Shown: positions 51,296-64,000, counted from the first letter of the stretch. The stretch: 64,000 nt of DNA from Octopus sinensis (GCF_006345805.1 NC_042999.1:117056001-117120000); one strand, 5' to 3'. Program-made: numbers and translations. The notes: generated by a model not told the origin, from the sequence alone.

Positions 51296-53865
51296 TATAT
51301 ATATATCTATATAATTACCCACCAACTATTAATATTTTTTTCCACAGCATATTTTAATGTTCCAATCATTAAAAAATACTTTAAAATGCACTTAACTCTC
51401 TTACACCAGCACTTAACTATCGCACTGGTAAGGAAATTAAATAAAGACATTAACATAGATAAGCAGAATAACATTTCCTGGTTCCTAAACACTTATCAAT
51501 ATGAAAGAGATGCTTTCATAAATAAAACATGATTTAAAGATGCTTTTATGCCATCATGACTAACACAGATGAGTCAATGAGAGAGAGAGCCTTTACATGG
51601 CTATTTGATCCACTAGACATATCGGCCTAATATCCCTCATATCACACACTACCATCTTAATAAAAGGACACTTGACATAATGTGTTCTATATGTCCTAAA
51701 GTAAAAGGATGGTCATGGCTGGAATGATTTTAATTACAGGTCAACTCAATTAAGACTAGGACGCCAGGCTAGACAGCAATGACTGTGTGCTTAAGAAGTT
51801 TGCTTTGCAACATCATGGTTTTGAGTTGAGTCCCACTGCTCAGCACCTTGGATAAGTGTCTACTGCCATACCTCCAGGTCAACCAATGCCGTGTAAGTGA
51901 ATTCAGAAGATGAAAACTGTGTTGAAGCCTGTCGTGTGTGTTTGTATTCATCCCCTCCACTGCTTGACAACCGGTGTTGGTTTGCTTACATCCCCAAGGC
52001 TTAGCAACACATAAAAACAAAAAAAAATTATAGAATAAATACTAAACTTAAAAATAAGCACTGGGCTTGGTTTGTTCAACTAAACCCTTCAACACAGTGC
52101 CCCAGCATGGCACAGTTCAATGACTGAAGATAAAAGATATGTTAGTCAAGTCAAACTGGTGTGGAACATATAAAACAAATATTAAAAAAAGTCAGTAGAG
52201 AAAGCAGTTTCTTTGAGGAAATGGCATAATAACTATCTACCATAAGACAACTTCAAAAGAAGTATTCAAGTACCACCAGATGACCCCCTTTCCCCATGAC
52301 CTAAAATGCTGGTGATAAATTCTTTTTGAATTTTCCAATAAAAATGAGCATAATAAACCAGACTATACATGGTTTAACATAGCAAGGGGGAAAAAAGTGG
52401 TTTTATGAATGGATATCATACATAAATTATGCAGCTAGTGATGAGAGAATCTATGGCAGTTGAGAAATTATACAGATAGATTTATATAGCATCATCATCA
52501 TCATCATCATTTAATGTCTGCTTTTCCATGCTTGCATGAGTCAGATGGAATTTATTGAAGCAAATTTTGTACAGCCAGATGTCCTTCGTGTTGCTAACCA
52601 TCACCAGTTTCCAAGCATAGTAAATATTTCCCCTTTAACCAGACAGACATGTTTTTTTTTACAGAAGATTGGAAATAAAATGAGCTTTTATGATGGTGGT
52701 GCTCATTTGATAATGATTACATGATGTCAAGACAAGAGAATACACACACACACCATCATAATTTAATATCTGTTTTCCATGCTGGCATAGGTTGGACAGT
52801 TTGACCAGACACTGTGAGGCAAAAGGCTGCAACATGCCCCACATCAGCTCTGACATGGTTCCTATGGCTGGATGCCTTTCCAAGCACCAATCATTTTACA
52901 GTGTGTACTGTGATGCCTTCCCATACCAGTGGCACTAGTGGGATTGCCAAGTAACTTGCAAGACAAGAAAGAACAAGAAAAGGGGAAAAGGAAAAAGCCC
53001 ACTTGACTAAGTGGATGTGGAGTATTGGAGAGGTGATTTTATGCCAGGGATAAACAGAGATATCTTGCTATAGAGAAGATATATGGCTACCCCATATTTA
53101 CGTAAGGGTTGATAAGAGTATCAGAGAAACTGGCAAGATGGTAGAGATGGAGTGCCAGAGCAAAACCCTCAAAGAAGCAAGAGATATGGGGGAGAGGGCA
53201 GTTATAAGCATGCGAGGGGAGAGAGAGAGAGAGAGGGGGTACTAGATGGTAGTAGAGGTGAATGTAAATATGTTGAGGTCATGAACAAGGATGGAGGTGC
53301 AGCTTGATGGGAAATATCAGTATGGGTGGAATGACTGTAAGATGAGAGAGGGGAGTGGCTCAAGGATGATAGTTCAGGAAGTAATGATAGCTAATATGTG
53401 AGGAGTTAGGATGAAACATGGCAGGTGAGAGAGGGGAATGACTGGAGGCTTATGGCCATGATAATAATGAACAGGAGTGATATGAGTGGTGGGGAGACAG
53501 TAACTGATAGCAAAAAAAGTTAGGGAATGTTGAGAGAAGGGGGTATGTTGAGAGATGAGATGTGGTAGAATACTTGACAAGGCAGTATGGGTGTAAGGAC
53601 AGCACCCAGTACATGGAGGAGGGGATAAATAGGGAGATGAGATGTGGGGAATGCTTGAAAGGGCAGAGTGGGCACAGGGACAGCAATCAGTACATGAGGA
53701 AGGGGATAAGAAGGGAGATGAGATGTTGGGATACGAGGGGTGGGGAATAGGGAGAGGCAATGTGGAGAGACTAGGCTGTTTTTAGTCTACTACAAAATCT
53801 GATCACAAGACTTTGGTCAGCCCATGTCTATAGTATAAAACACTTACCAAAAGTGTCATATAGAG

Positions 53866-54155
53866 CAGTGCTTCTCAAACTATTTGATTTGGTGTACCAG
53901 CAGTTTCTTTTCCAATGTGCCAGGGACCGGTAATATTTCTTAGTAATATTAATTTATACCAGAAACAATAATGGATATAATAAAAGTTGACAATTTCTTT
54001 TTATTTTATATTTGTTTTGTAAACAAATAATATTAGTTAAGCATTTTATAAGCATGTTATAATGTTTCTTTCTTTTCTGGAAACTCACCACATACTGGCA
54101 GCTTATGGCTTGCAGACCGACACCAGTCCATGGACCACCATTTTGAGTAGCACTG
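53866..54155. mobile_element. hAT (Charlie-like) MITE inserted into a family-2 SINE
   Basis: TIR cagtgcttctcaaa / tttgagtagcactg; 8-bp TSD atatagag / atgtagag. Confidence 0.88.
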
Positions 54156-54749
54156 ATGTAGAGGAACAGAACCTGAGATCATGTGGTTGGGAAGTAAGCT
54201 TCTTAACTACACAGCCCAGGGTGCATCTATAGATTTATACACATAGATATAAAGACAGTAGATTTCTTTTTATGCTTCAAAAAAATAACTTGGAAACCTG
54301 TACAAGCGCTATTTGATAAAAGCAATATTGGAAGTGCTCCAAATTGACAATTAGTAGAACCAAAATTTAAATAAAACAATAAAGATTATACAGGCAAGGG
54401 AAATCTAATTATAAAACTCTTATGAATTAAACTGGATATTTAAATGTATTTATAATTTGTGTGTGTGTATCTCTGTGTCCAACCCATGCTAGGATGGAAA
54501 AAGCATGTTAAACAAATGAATTATTTTATTCTTTTACTTGTTTCAGTCATTTGAGTGCGGCCATGCTGGAGCACCGTCTTTACTCGAGCTAATCGACACC
54601 TAGGACTTATTCTTTGTAAGCCTAGTACTTATTTTATTGGTCTCTTGCTGAACCACTAAGTTACGGGAACGTAAACACACTAGCATCGGTTGTCAAGCGA
54701 TGTTTTGAGGACAAACACAAACACACAAATACATATAATTATATATATA

Positions 54750-54811
<62 letters not shown>

Positions 54812-54889
54812 TGATGGGCTTCTTCCAGTTTCCATCTACCAAATCATGTCACAAGGCTTTGCTTGACCCAAGGCTATAGTAGAGGACAT

Positions 54890-55375
54890 GTAGTGGGTGC
54901 TTTTTATGTGTCATCGGCTCAAGGGCTAGTCAAGCAGTACTGGCATCAACCATGCTTGAATAGTGCTTTTTAAGTGCCACCCACATGGGAGCCAGTCAGG
55001 CGACACTAGCAATGACCACGCTTGAATGATTTTTTTATGTGCCACTAGCACAGGACCAATCAGTCAGCACTGGCGTCAACCATGATCGAATGGTGCTTTT
55101 TACGTGCCACCGGCACAGGTGCCAATCAAGTGGGACTGTCATTGGCCATGACAACAACTTCACTTGCCTCAGCAGGTCTTTGCAAGCCCAATTTATTGCC
55201 CAATGATTGAAGGGTACTCTTAAATGGGCTGGTTATGTTGCGCTGGCATAGGCTACGGTTATGGTCTTATTTGGCATGCCGTGTCTTCTCAAGCACAGCA
55301 TATCTTCAAAGGTCTTGGTCACTTATCACCTCGGTGAGGCCCAACATTTGAAGGTCGTGCTTCACCACCTCATCC
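54890..55375 (-). mobile_element. RTE LINE ORF2 end plus 3' UTR with four ~65-bp units
   Basis: DEVVKHDLQMLGLTEVISDQDL*RYAVLEKTRHAK*; units at ~54895, 54960, 55026 and 55092. Confidence 0.82.
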
Positions 55376-55970
55376 CAGAAAGGGATACATATATATAACC
55401 TGTGTATATAACATAACCTACATACACATGTGTGTGGAGGTGTGTGGCCAAATTTAAAGTGTTGAGCACACAATCAAAATTCACAGGTTTAATTCCTGGA
55501 CTAAGTGGTATGTTGGCACACCTTGAGTAAGACATTTCAGTTCACTTTGCTCCAGTCTACTAAGCTGAAAATTAGTACCAGCCCAGTGTTGATATAGTGC
55601 TCTCTCTCTCTGTCTCTCTAGCTTCCGTACCCAGCATTGTTCAACTAGGTCAAAAGTGAGAGGTCCAAGAGTGTCTACATTTACTCCTGACTAAATAGAC
55701 ACCTACAGCTGTCAGCAAAAGCATGGTACATACTACTGATACTAGACCATAGTTGTTTAAAAATAACTATTATACTGCTTTATTTTCATTTTATTTATTT
55801 AGATTTACACTACATGTTTTTTTTTGTTGCTCTATTTCCTTTCTCTGTGGCAATGAATTATCATGCTAATTTTTCATTATAAATACTGTATTTTGTAATT
55901 TCAAATATCAGTTCAATAACCTAAAACTACTCAGTTGTAATAGAGTGTAACCTCACAACAAAAGGATATA

Positions 55971-56832
55971 CAGGGTGTTTCTGCTAAATTTGACAGTTTA
56001 CACAGGAAAAGAAAACAATATCCCAGCCAAAAATAAAGGTATTTTAGAACATCAAAAAATATCAACAAGTTTATGGCTGAGAGAACGATTTACTCAAAGT
56101 AGCTGCTCTCAGCTTCCAGGCAGCTTTTGAACTTGTTGCATGCATTCTTCACAGTTCCTGAGAAGATCTTCAAACACCTCCTTGATCTTGGCCACTAGCT
56201 CAGCCTTGGTGTTGCAAGCAGAATAGTTGGGTGTCTTTCTCAACCATGCTCCCTACACAGTAATCCATGGGATTACAATCAGGGGAATTAGAAGGCCAGA
56301 AATTGGGGCTGGTGAAGTCATAGAAATTCTCCGACAACCACTTCCATCTTTATCTGGATGTATGGCAAGGAGCCAAATCCTGCTGCTACATGCATGGCCT
56401 TCCAGCAGCAAACCTTATCAGCAGCTTTATGTAGCTGTCTGAATCAAGCCTATGGCTTTGTTCCTGCAGTTGGGATGAAGTCCAGCATGTAGATGCAATC
56501 AGAATGCCTGCTGTGTCCCTTCCTGCTAGCCACATCTTCATACTCTGTTGCAGTAGGCCATGGCACGTCTTACAGCCTTTACAGTGTTTAGAGAGCATTG
56601 AACAGCAGTGATAATGTTGGTTTTTTGGTACCCTGCACGAATCATCATAAACTGGGTAACTCTTTTCCAATATTCAAATGATTTCCAGTTCTCCATATTA
56701 TCTAACTTTTTCTCAATAACAACTTGCATCTTTATGCTCTCCAAAACCATTAACTGTTCATCAATAAATCAAGGTATACCTGAAAAATGGAGACATAAAA
56801 GAAAAATCATCAAATTCAGCCCGAATACCTTG
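55971..56832 (-). mobile_element. Internally deleted maT (DD37D) Tc1/mariner element
   Basis: QQD-LAPCHTSR*RWKWLSENFYDFTSPNFWPSNSPDCNPM-DY gives 37 residues between the aspartates; TA-flanked imperfect TIRs cagggtgtttctgctaaatttga / tcaaattcagcccgaataccttg. Confidence 0.88.
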
Positions 56833-56852
56833 TGTATGAATATATATATATA

Positions 56853-57059
56853 TAGTTGGAAAGGGGTTAGTAAATAAAGTTGGAAAAGGCACAAAAGTAT
56901 ATTTTAGGGAATGTTTATACAGTGAGTCGTTTAAAATATAACTGGTTTCGATTTGTTCAATCTTATTGAAATTTTAAATGACTCACTGTAACAAAAATAT
57001 TAAACATTCACTAAAATATACTTTCGTGAATTTTCCAACTTTGTTTACTTTTTTAACTA
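56853..57059. mobile_element. TA-flanked foldback MITE
   Basis: ~85-bp imperfect inverted arms around a ~35-bp spacer, embedded in (TA)n. Confidence 0.75.
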
Positions 57060-57111
57060 CATACATATATATATATACATCTAATATTAAAATACCTTTT
57101 AAGGTGAAATT

Positions 57112-57177
57112 TATAAACAACTTATAAATAAGGGCAAAGGAAATTGGAATGTTTTCTTTTGCCCTTGTTTATAAGTT

Positions 57178-57184
<7 letters not shown>
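57112..57184. other. 73-nt near-perfect hairpin (32-bp stem, ~8-nt loop)
   Basis: tataaacaacttataaataagggcaaaggaaa vs ttttcttttgcccttgtttataagttgtttata; 30/32 complementary. Confidence 0.9.
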
Positions 57185-57233
<49 letters not shown>

Positions 57234-57461
57234 ACATACATACACACACATATGCATAAAATTATCATTGTTAAGGCAAGTAGATACAACTGGAAGTTGC
57301 TTGTGTGCTTAGGAAGCTCACTTTACAACCACATGGATTTGGGTTCAGTTCCACTGAGTGGCACCTCAGGCAAGTGTCTTCTACTATAGCCCCAGGACAA
57401 CTAACACCTTATGAGTGAATTTGGGAGATGGAGCCTGTGTGGAAGCCCATTGTGTATACTG

Positions 57462-57493
<32 letters not shown>

Positions 57494-58084
57494 ATGTGTT
57501 TATTACCCCACCCACCAACTGACTACTGGCGTTGGGTTTCTACATCCCTGTAACTTAGCAATTTGGCAAAAGACATGGAAAGAATAAGTACCAGACTTAA
57601 AATGATATTGGCGTCAATTTATTGACTGCACCCTTCAAGGTGGTGCCCAGCATGGACACAGGCCAAAGTCTGAAACAAGTAAGAAATAAATTTAAAATAT
57701 CAAATCAGTATCTTAATTTTATTTTATTTTATTCTGTTCACTGAAATAGCTTGATAAACAAGTAAAGCAAGGCTGAGAACATAAATTCTGATAGGCAGTT
57801 TGTGTTGGCAAAACCTGTTAAACATAACTGAACAGGAATTTACTTCAATAAATCACATAATAAATGTTTATGACTTTATCTTCTGAAAAGGTAATCTAAC
57901 ATATATTAAATCATTTTATGGCAATTTTTCTTAAGATTTTAGTCTTGACCTCTTAGCACCACATACATGATGTAGGTCTGTTTCTCAAAGAAAGAGAAGA
58001 TAGAATAAGAACAAGGCTACAAAATGATAATGAATTTTATTCATCTGATTATATGAAGATGGCTTAAAAAAAAAAGAAAAAAAT

Positions 58085-58122
<38 letters not shown>

Positions 58123-58124
58123 TA

Positions 58125-58159
<35 letters not shown>

Positions 58160-58163
<4 letters not shown>

Positions 58164-58378
58164 TGCGGCTGTTGCCAGTACTGCCTGACTGGCCCTCGTG
58201 CCAGAGACACGTAAAAGCACCCACTATACTCTCAGAGTGGTTGGCGTTAGGAAGGGTATCCAGCTGTAGAAACTCTGCCAGATCAGATTGGAGTCTGGTG
58301 CAGCCATCTGGTTCGCCAGACCTCAGTCAAATCATCCAACCCATGCTAGCATGGAAAGCGGATGTTAAACAATGATGA
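58160..58378 (+). mobile_element. RTE-family 3' end (plus strand) after (TA)n
   Basis: cacgtaaaagcacccactatactc...ggcgttaggaagggtatccagc...gcatggaaagcggatgttaaacaatgatgat. Confidence 0.82.
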
Positions 58379-59810
58379 TAATATAGATATAAAACCCCAA
58401 AACTTTGTATTAATTTATGCACAATATAAAGCTTTAAGTGAAATTCACCAGATTTCTAGTATTATGGGAAATGGTCTCTGTATGTGTGCAGAGAGAGAGA
58501 GAGGCAAATGGAGTAATTAACAGGTCTAATGATAGGTAACCATGGAAATAGCCATTACAGCATGCCACAGAAGTTTCTTTGATCAAGTAACTATATTGCT
58601 ACTAGCAAGAATAACAAAACAAATGATTTGGGAAAAGAGACATTTTTCATATGAATTGATGGAAAACAGCTAACATCCTGTCTGAGCTAAATATGACTTC
58701 GGGAATAATAACAGCTGCAACTAAGATGGTGATGTAGTGGCTGTTAGCAATGTTAACGATAAAACACAAAAAAGTCCATCTATAGCTGTTAAGTTATATA
58801 GGTAAGCCATAAGTAGGACTGTTTGGTCGCCTAGACTATAAATGTTTCTTGGTTTTTGTAATTTGTCTTTGATTAAAATTTCAGGGTAGAATGTAAGCAA
58901 GGCTAATTTTGAGGTGGTTGGTATATTAAATGGTAGAAATGACATCATCAGTGAGAAGGTCAGGGAGGGAAGAGAAGGCGGAAATGGTAAACAAGTAGTA
59001 ATAAATGAGAATTGCTTGGAAAGATCTATTTCATGACATTGACTGTAGCAATAAATACTGAAAGAGCAACTAAAAGAGAGTCTCAGAACACAACTGATTA
59101 AGAGCCAAAGAGTCATTTGGTAGAAACAGCAACCAAATCACCTTCAAATCACACCCCTACTCTCTGAATAAGTGAAGGACATATTAGACGATGTAATCCT
59201 AGATGTTTTTCTTTTTACTTGTTCCACTCATTTGACTGTGGTCATGCTGGGGCATCGACTTCAAGAGTTTTAGTTGAACAAATTGACCCCCAAGACATTT
59301 TCTATTGGTCACTTTTGCCAAACTACTAAGCTATGGAGACATAAACAAACCAACACTGGTTGTCAAGTGGTGAGATGGGTGACAAACTCAGAGACACATA
59401 CATAAATATATATGACAAGCTTCTTTCAGCTTCCGTCTCCTAAGTCTATTCACAAGGCTTTGGTCGACCCAAGGGTATAGTAGAAGGCACTTGCCCAAGG
59501 TGCCACGTAGTGGGACCAAGCCTAGAACCATTTGGTTGAGAAGATAAAACATGATAAATCTATTCCATCAGAGCTGAAATGACTTGTGGACTAAACAACA
59601 ACAAACTAGAATAAAAATTCAGTTAACATATACTTTGTGCTTATGTACAGATGTACATAAACACAAAGTATAAATACATTAAGAAATAAAACAGAGTTCT
59701 CCAAAACACAGATGGCAACTACTGAAATGATAGTTATTTTGGTACCCTTAAACTTTGACATACTCCCTGTTGGAGACCAAGGACCTCTGACCACACTAGC
59801 TTACAAGGGT

Positions 59811-60034
59811 TTAACCCTTTACCATTCAGATTATTCTGTCATATATTAATACTAATTTCTTTACATTGTTTTGAATTAATCATGCTTTATCTCATAACTT
59901 TGAGATTTTGATGATGTGATTATTTACTTTTAGAAAGACATTGTAGGATAAGTGTGAGAGACCAGATCTGGCTGGTTTGAACATAAAACAGAATATTTTA
60001 GCCAGATATGTTAGTTTAAATGCTAAAGAGTTGA
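59811..60034 (+). mobile_element. piggyBac-type MITE family P1
   Basis: TTAAcccttttaccattcagatt...aaatgctaaagagttgaa. Confidence 0.8.
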
Positions 60035-61696
60035 AAGATTTCTAGGAGAAAAAAAAAAGGGTGTTTGGGCATCTATACCTATTACAAATGGGGTTTAAAT
60101 TTGTGAACTAAAAGAGCTTCTAGTTGATGCATGTGTGCGTACATGTACCAAGGCTGAAACTAATCCACTTGATTACAACAATGTATTGAAGTGGATCATA
60201 ATATGGGCCACAACAATCCATTTGACTACAATTCATCCTGAACTGAACTTGTATGTGCATGCACATGGTGTGTATGTAACAGGATAACCATTCTAGCAAA
60301 TGGCAGCATAAGGAGACACCAAGCTTGTATATGAATTATGTTGACATGTATGGGAAGAGAACTGCCATATAATGAAAAAAAAAAGTCCTGTCTGACGAAA
60401 GAGACATTGCAAAAGTGAGAATCACTGACGCTATGAGAAAAGACAAAAAGAAAGAGTACAGTATAGATAGAGAATACCTATAAGTGTTTTGAGCTGACAT
60501 AGGAAAGGCTTTTAGCACAAGGGTTGGACTGCAAGTGCACGAGAACTTATGAGAAAATATCAGTATAGAGAAAAATTAAGAGTCTTTAATTTTACAAATT
60601 CGTAGGTACGGAACTTCTATCATATTAAAGCTTAAACAATTTATTTCATATGAGTTTTTAGAGACTTAACCAGCAAGCAGTTTCAAATTTGAAAATGAAT
60701 GAAATTACACCAGTATGAAAAGGGTTCTCCAATCCCAGGTTGATAACATATGAACATCAACTGACTTCAACACCTCATCTCACAGGATGTGGTCCCATGC
60801 ACATGAAAGAAAATAGCGTTTCACTACAGTGGAGCTGTTAGTACAGATATTTAAACAATTGAACTGTATACGTTCTGATTATCAAACATTGGTGCTTCAC
60901 TCTGTAACAAGTTCAAATAGTTGATTTTGCCATAAATTTTTTTTTTTGAGCTTGGTAACATAAATTCTAATAATTTTCTGGAAATGATTCAATAAATTAT
61001 TTTGGTTACCTCCCCACACGCAAAATAAATGGACTTATGCCAAGCAAGTAAAAGAAAAAGAATTGTGGAAAGCAGAATCAAACTGCTTTATACAGGGTGG
61101 CCTAGAAATGGTCTACCATATTATATCCGTATAATTGTCAAGCCATTCATGGGCCACTGTAGTTTTTTTTTAGCTATGTCTAAAATTTAAACTGCACCTA
61201 GTTGACTAACTTCATCATTTTAGGGTCCATAAAATAAAATATTAAGACTGATTTAATAAACTACACCTCTTCAAATATGTAGCAGTGTTCCTATTTTACA
61301 GATCCATATTATTACAGGAAGGTTTAGTGGAATTTGTTTGTCTATATGTTCTGAGTTCAAATTCTACTGAAGTCAACTTTGCCTTTCATCCTTTCATGGT
61401 CAGTAAAAGAAGTACCAGCTGAGCACTGGGACCATTGTAATCAACTTACTCACTCCTTTAAAACTACTGGCCTTGTGCCAAAATTTGAAACCATTATTAT
61501 TCTAAGTTCAAATCCTGCTGAGTTGAACTTCGTTTTACATCCACTTAGAGGTCAATAAAATAAAGTAACAGTCAAGAAGTAGACGTAATAACTAGAACCC
61601 ATCTCTGATGGACTAAATTAGAAACATTATTAATAAAGCAGTGGATCGTGGAAATGTTAAAGAGCAGAAAAAGATACATTGTAATATTTAGTAAGA

Positions 61697-62143
61697 TTAA
61701 CTCTTTTGTTACCGTATTTCTGTTGAGATGCTCTGTGTTTCTTTCAGTTATTTTTAAATATACAAAGAATTTAGTAAAATAACTTAGTTATCATTAACCT
61801 TTTAGTGTTCAGATTATTCTATCAAACATAATGCTTATTGATTCCCATTGATTTGAATTAATCATGCATTATCTCATATCTTCAAGATCTTGATGGTGTA
61901 ATTACTTAATGTAGAATAACATTGTAGGGTAGGTGTGAAAGCCTGGATCTGGTCAGCTTGAACATAAAACAGATTAGCTATTTTGGCCGGATATGGCCGG
62001 TTTAAATACTAAAGGGTTAAGCTAGTGATAGGAACATAAATTGTAACCAAGGTTTGGTGAGCGATTTTAATTCAGAACTTTTGAAGACATTTGTACTATA
62101 GAGACAGAGGCGGTTTCAGGTGGGTTGGTATCAAAAGGGTTAA
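61697..62143 (+). mobile_element. P2 MITE containing a nested P1 MITE (61794-62020)
   Basis: TTAA duplicated at both ends of the inner element; the outer halves rejoin to match 38943-39171. Confidence 0.92.
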
Positions 62144-62924
62144 GAAAGCGAGCTGGCAGGGAAAATGCTAAGCGGCTTTTCATCTATCTTTATGTTCTGA
62201 GTTCAAATTCTATCAAGGTTGACTACCTTTTTTTTTTTTTATCATTTTGGGGTTAAATAAAATAAGTACCAGTTGAGGACTGGAGTTGTTGTAATCAACT
62301 TACCCACTTCCTCGAAATTGCTGGCCTCGTGCCAAAAGTTGAAACTAATATTTAGTATTTAGGCTTTGAGGGTTCAAATTCCAGCAGAGTTGATTCGGTT
62401 TTTTTTTTCTTCTTTTTAAGTAAATAAATGAAGAAAATCAAAATCAATATGATCAGCTGCATCCCCTCCTCTCCCACAAAATTTGTGGCCTTATACCTTT
62501 GTTAGAAGTCATTATTGTTCATTGATTTAGTAGACATCTGTTTTTTTTTTTCAGCAGACATGTTACTGAGCAATGGATTTTTTATTTTTTTTCATTCTAA
62601 AAGGTTTATTGGCTCTGCCACAACAATAACACTGAATAAATGAATAAGAAAATAATCAAGATATATTTAAACAAGATGTCTATTTATAGCCCACAGCTAT
62701 GTTGAACAACAACAACAAATGAAATAAAATTATTTATGAATTCACAATGCATAGAGTTTTGGAAATTTCCACAAGAAAATTCTAGATTTCATCTTATTTG
62801 AAAGACATATTATCATTTGTCTGAATGAATGTATTAATCACAGGTAAATGCTATTCTTGGCAGCAGCAATAATAATTATTAGTTATTATTATAATAATTA
62901 TATTGTCATTATTAGTATTACTGA

Positions 62925-64000
62925 ATTGTTAGCATGCCAGACAAACATGCTTAGTGGCATTTTTTCCACTTTTATGTTTTGAGTTCAAATGCCACTGAGG
63001 TCGATTTTGCCTTTCATCCTTTTGGGGTAACCCCCCCCCCCCAAAAAAAAACAAGCACTGGGATTGATGTAATAAGCCATACCCTCCCACTACATTTCAG
63101 GTTTTGTGTCTAGAGTAGAAAGAATTAAGGCAACAAGCTGACAGAATTATTAGCATGCCAGACAAAATGCTTAGCAGCATTTCGCCTGACTTCATGTTCT
63201 GAGTTCAAATTCCACTTAGGTCAACTTTGCTTTCATCATTTTGGAGTATATAATGTAAATACCAGTTGAGCAATGGCATTGATATAATCAACTTACCCAT
63301 ACTCCAAACCTACTGGCCTTATGCCAAAATTTTAAACTATTTTAAATCATTATTATTACTATCAAAGTGGCAAGCTGGCACACTGTTAAAATACCAGGCA
63401 AAATGCTTAGCAATATTTCATTTGTCCTTACATTCTGAGTTCAATTCCACTGAAGTCAATTTTGCTTTTCATCTTTCCGGGATCAATAAAATATGTGCCA
63501 ACTGAGCACTGGGGTTGATGCAATCGATTAAACTTCTTCCCCAAAATTGCTGGACATGTGCCAAAATTAGGAACCATCATTATTATTATCAAGGCAGTGA
63601 GCTGGCAGAATCATTAGCACACTGGGTGATATACTTAGTGGAATTTTGTCTATCCTTATGTTCTGAGTTCAAATTCCGCTGAGGTCAACTTTCATCCTTT
63701 TGGGGTTGATGAAATAAGTACCAGTTACACACTGGGATCGATGAAATCAACTATCCCTCTCCCCCAAATTTCAGGCCTTGTGCCTATAGTAGAAAGGATT
63801 ACTACTACTACTAAATCATTAGCATGTCAGCAAAATGCTTAGCAACAGTTTGTTTCCATTTTCATGTTCTGAGTTCAAATGCTGCTGAGGTCAGCTTTAC
63901 CTTTCATGTTTTCAGGACTGATAAAATAAAGTACCAGTTGTGAGATGGGGTTGATGTAATAAACTTTTCTCCCTCCCCACTAAAATCACTGGCCTTGTAC
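62925..64000 (+). mobile_element. Head-to-tail array of about five family-1 SINEs
   Basis: ~200-230-bp units starting near 62925, 63130, 63365, 63590 and 63815, separated by (tta)n or (cta)n. Confidence 0.85.

Noticed and set aside
54895-55150. CRISPR-like repeat-spacer pattern
   Set aside because: The inter-repeat segments are homologous to each other and lie in an RTE 3' UTR.
60600-61230. Tc1/mariner relic (TIR-like tacagggtggcc at ~61091 and weak C-terminal motifs)
   Set aside because: Too degenerate to delimit or classify.
28000-64000. WDFY2 exon 1
   Set aside because: A manual scan for MAAE- and SDDR-encoding patterns with a GT donor found only SINE-derived chance hits; the exon probably lies beyond the window.

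Overview
AT-rich eukaryotic genomic DNA, most likely an octopus or other coleoid cephalopod (inferred from the SINE, RTE, R4 and MITE families, not proven). The only host gene found is a WDFY1/WDFY2 orthologue on the minus strand. Six GT-AG coding exons (285-27999; equivalent to exons 2-7) splice into one open frame of WD40 repeats. Exon 1 and exons 8 onward were not found, so essentially the whole window is intronic. The introns are packed with mobile DNA: tRNA-derived SINEs, RTE, R4/Dong, L2/CR1-like and Penelope fragments, plus mariner, maT (DD37D), Tigger, hAT, piggyBac and Helentron-type elements. The most unusual structure is at 31.5-36.7 kb. Two diverged ~1.6-kb elements encode only a Tx1/L1-type ORF1 (gag-like) protein with an unrecognised C-terminal domain and no reverse transcriptase. 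They sit head-to-tail at the same 22/23-bp target, which contains the probable start codon of a piggyBac transposase. Their 3' tail is shared with a young SINE subfamily present three times in the window. Also notable are a tRNA-headed SINE carrying a hammerhead ribozyme motif and a Penelope GIY-YIG remnant with a decayed hammerhead. No rRNA, intact tRNA gene or CRISPR array was found. Repeat boundaries are approximate unless TIRs or TSDs are given.
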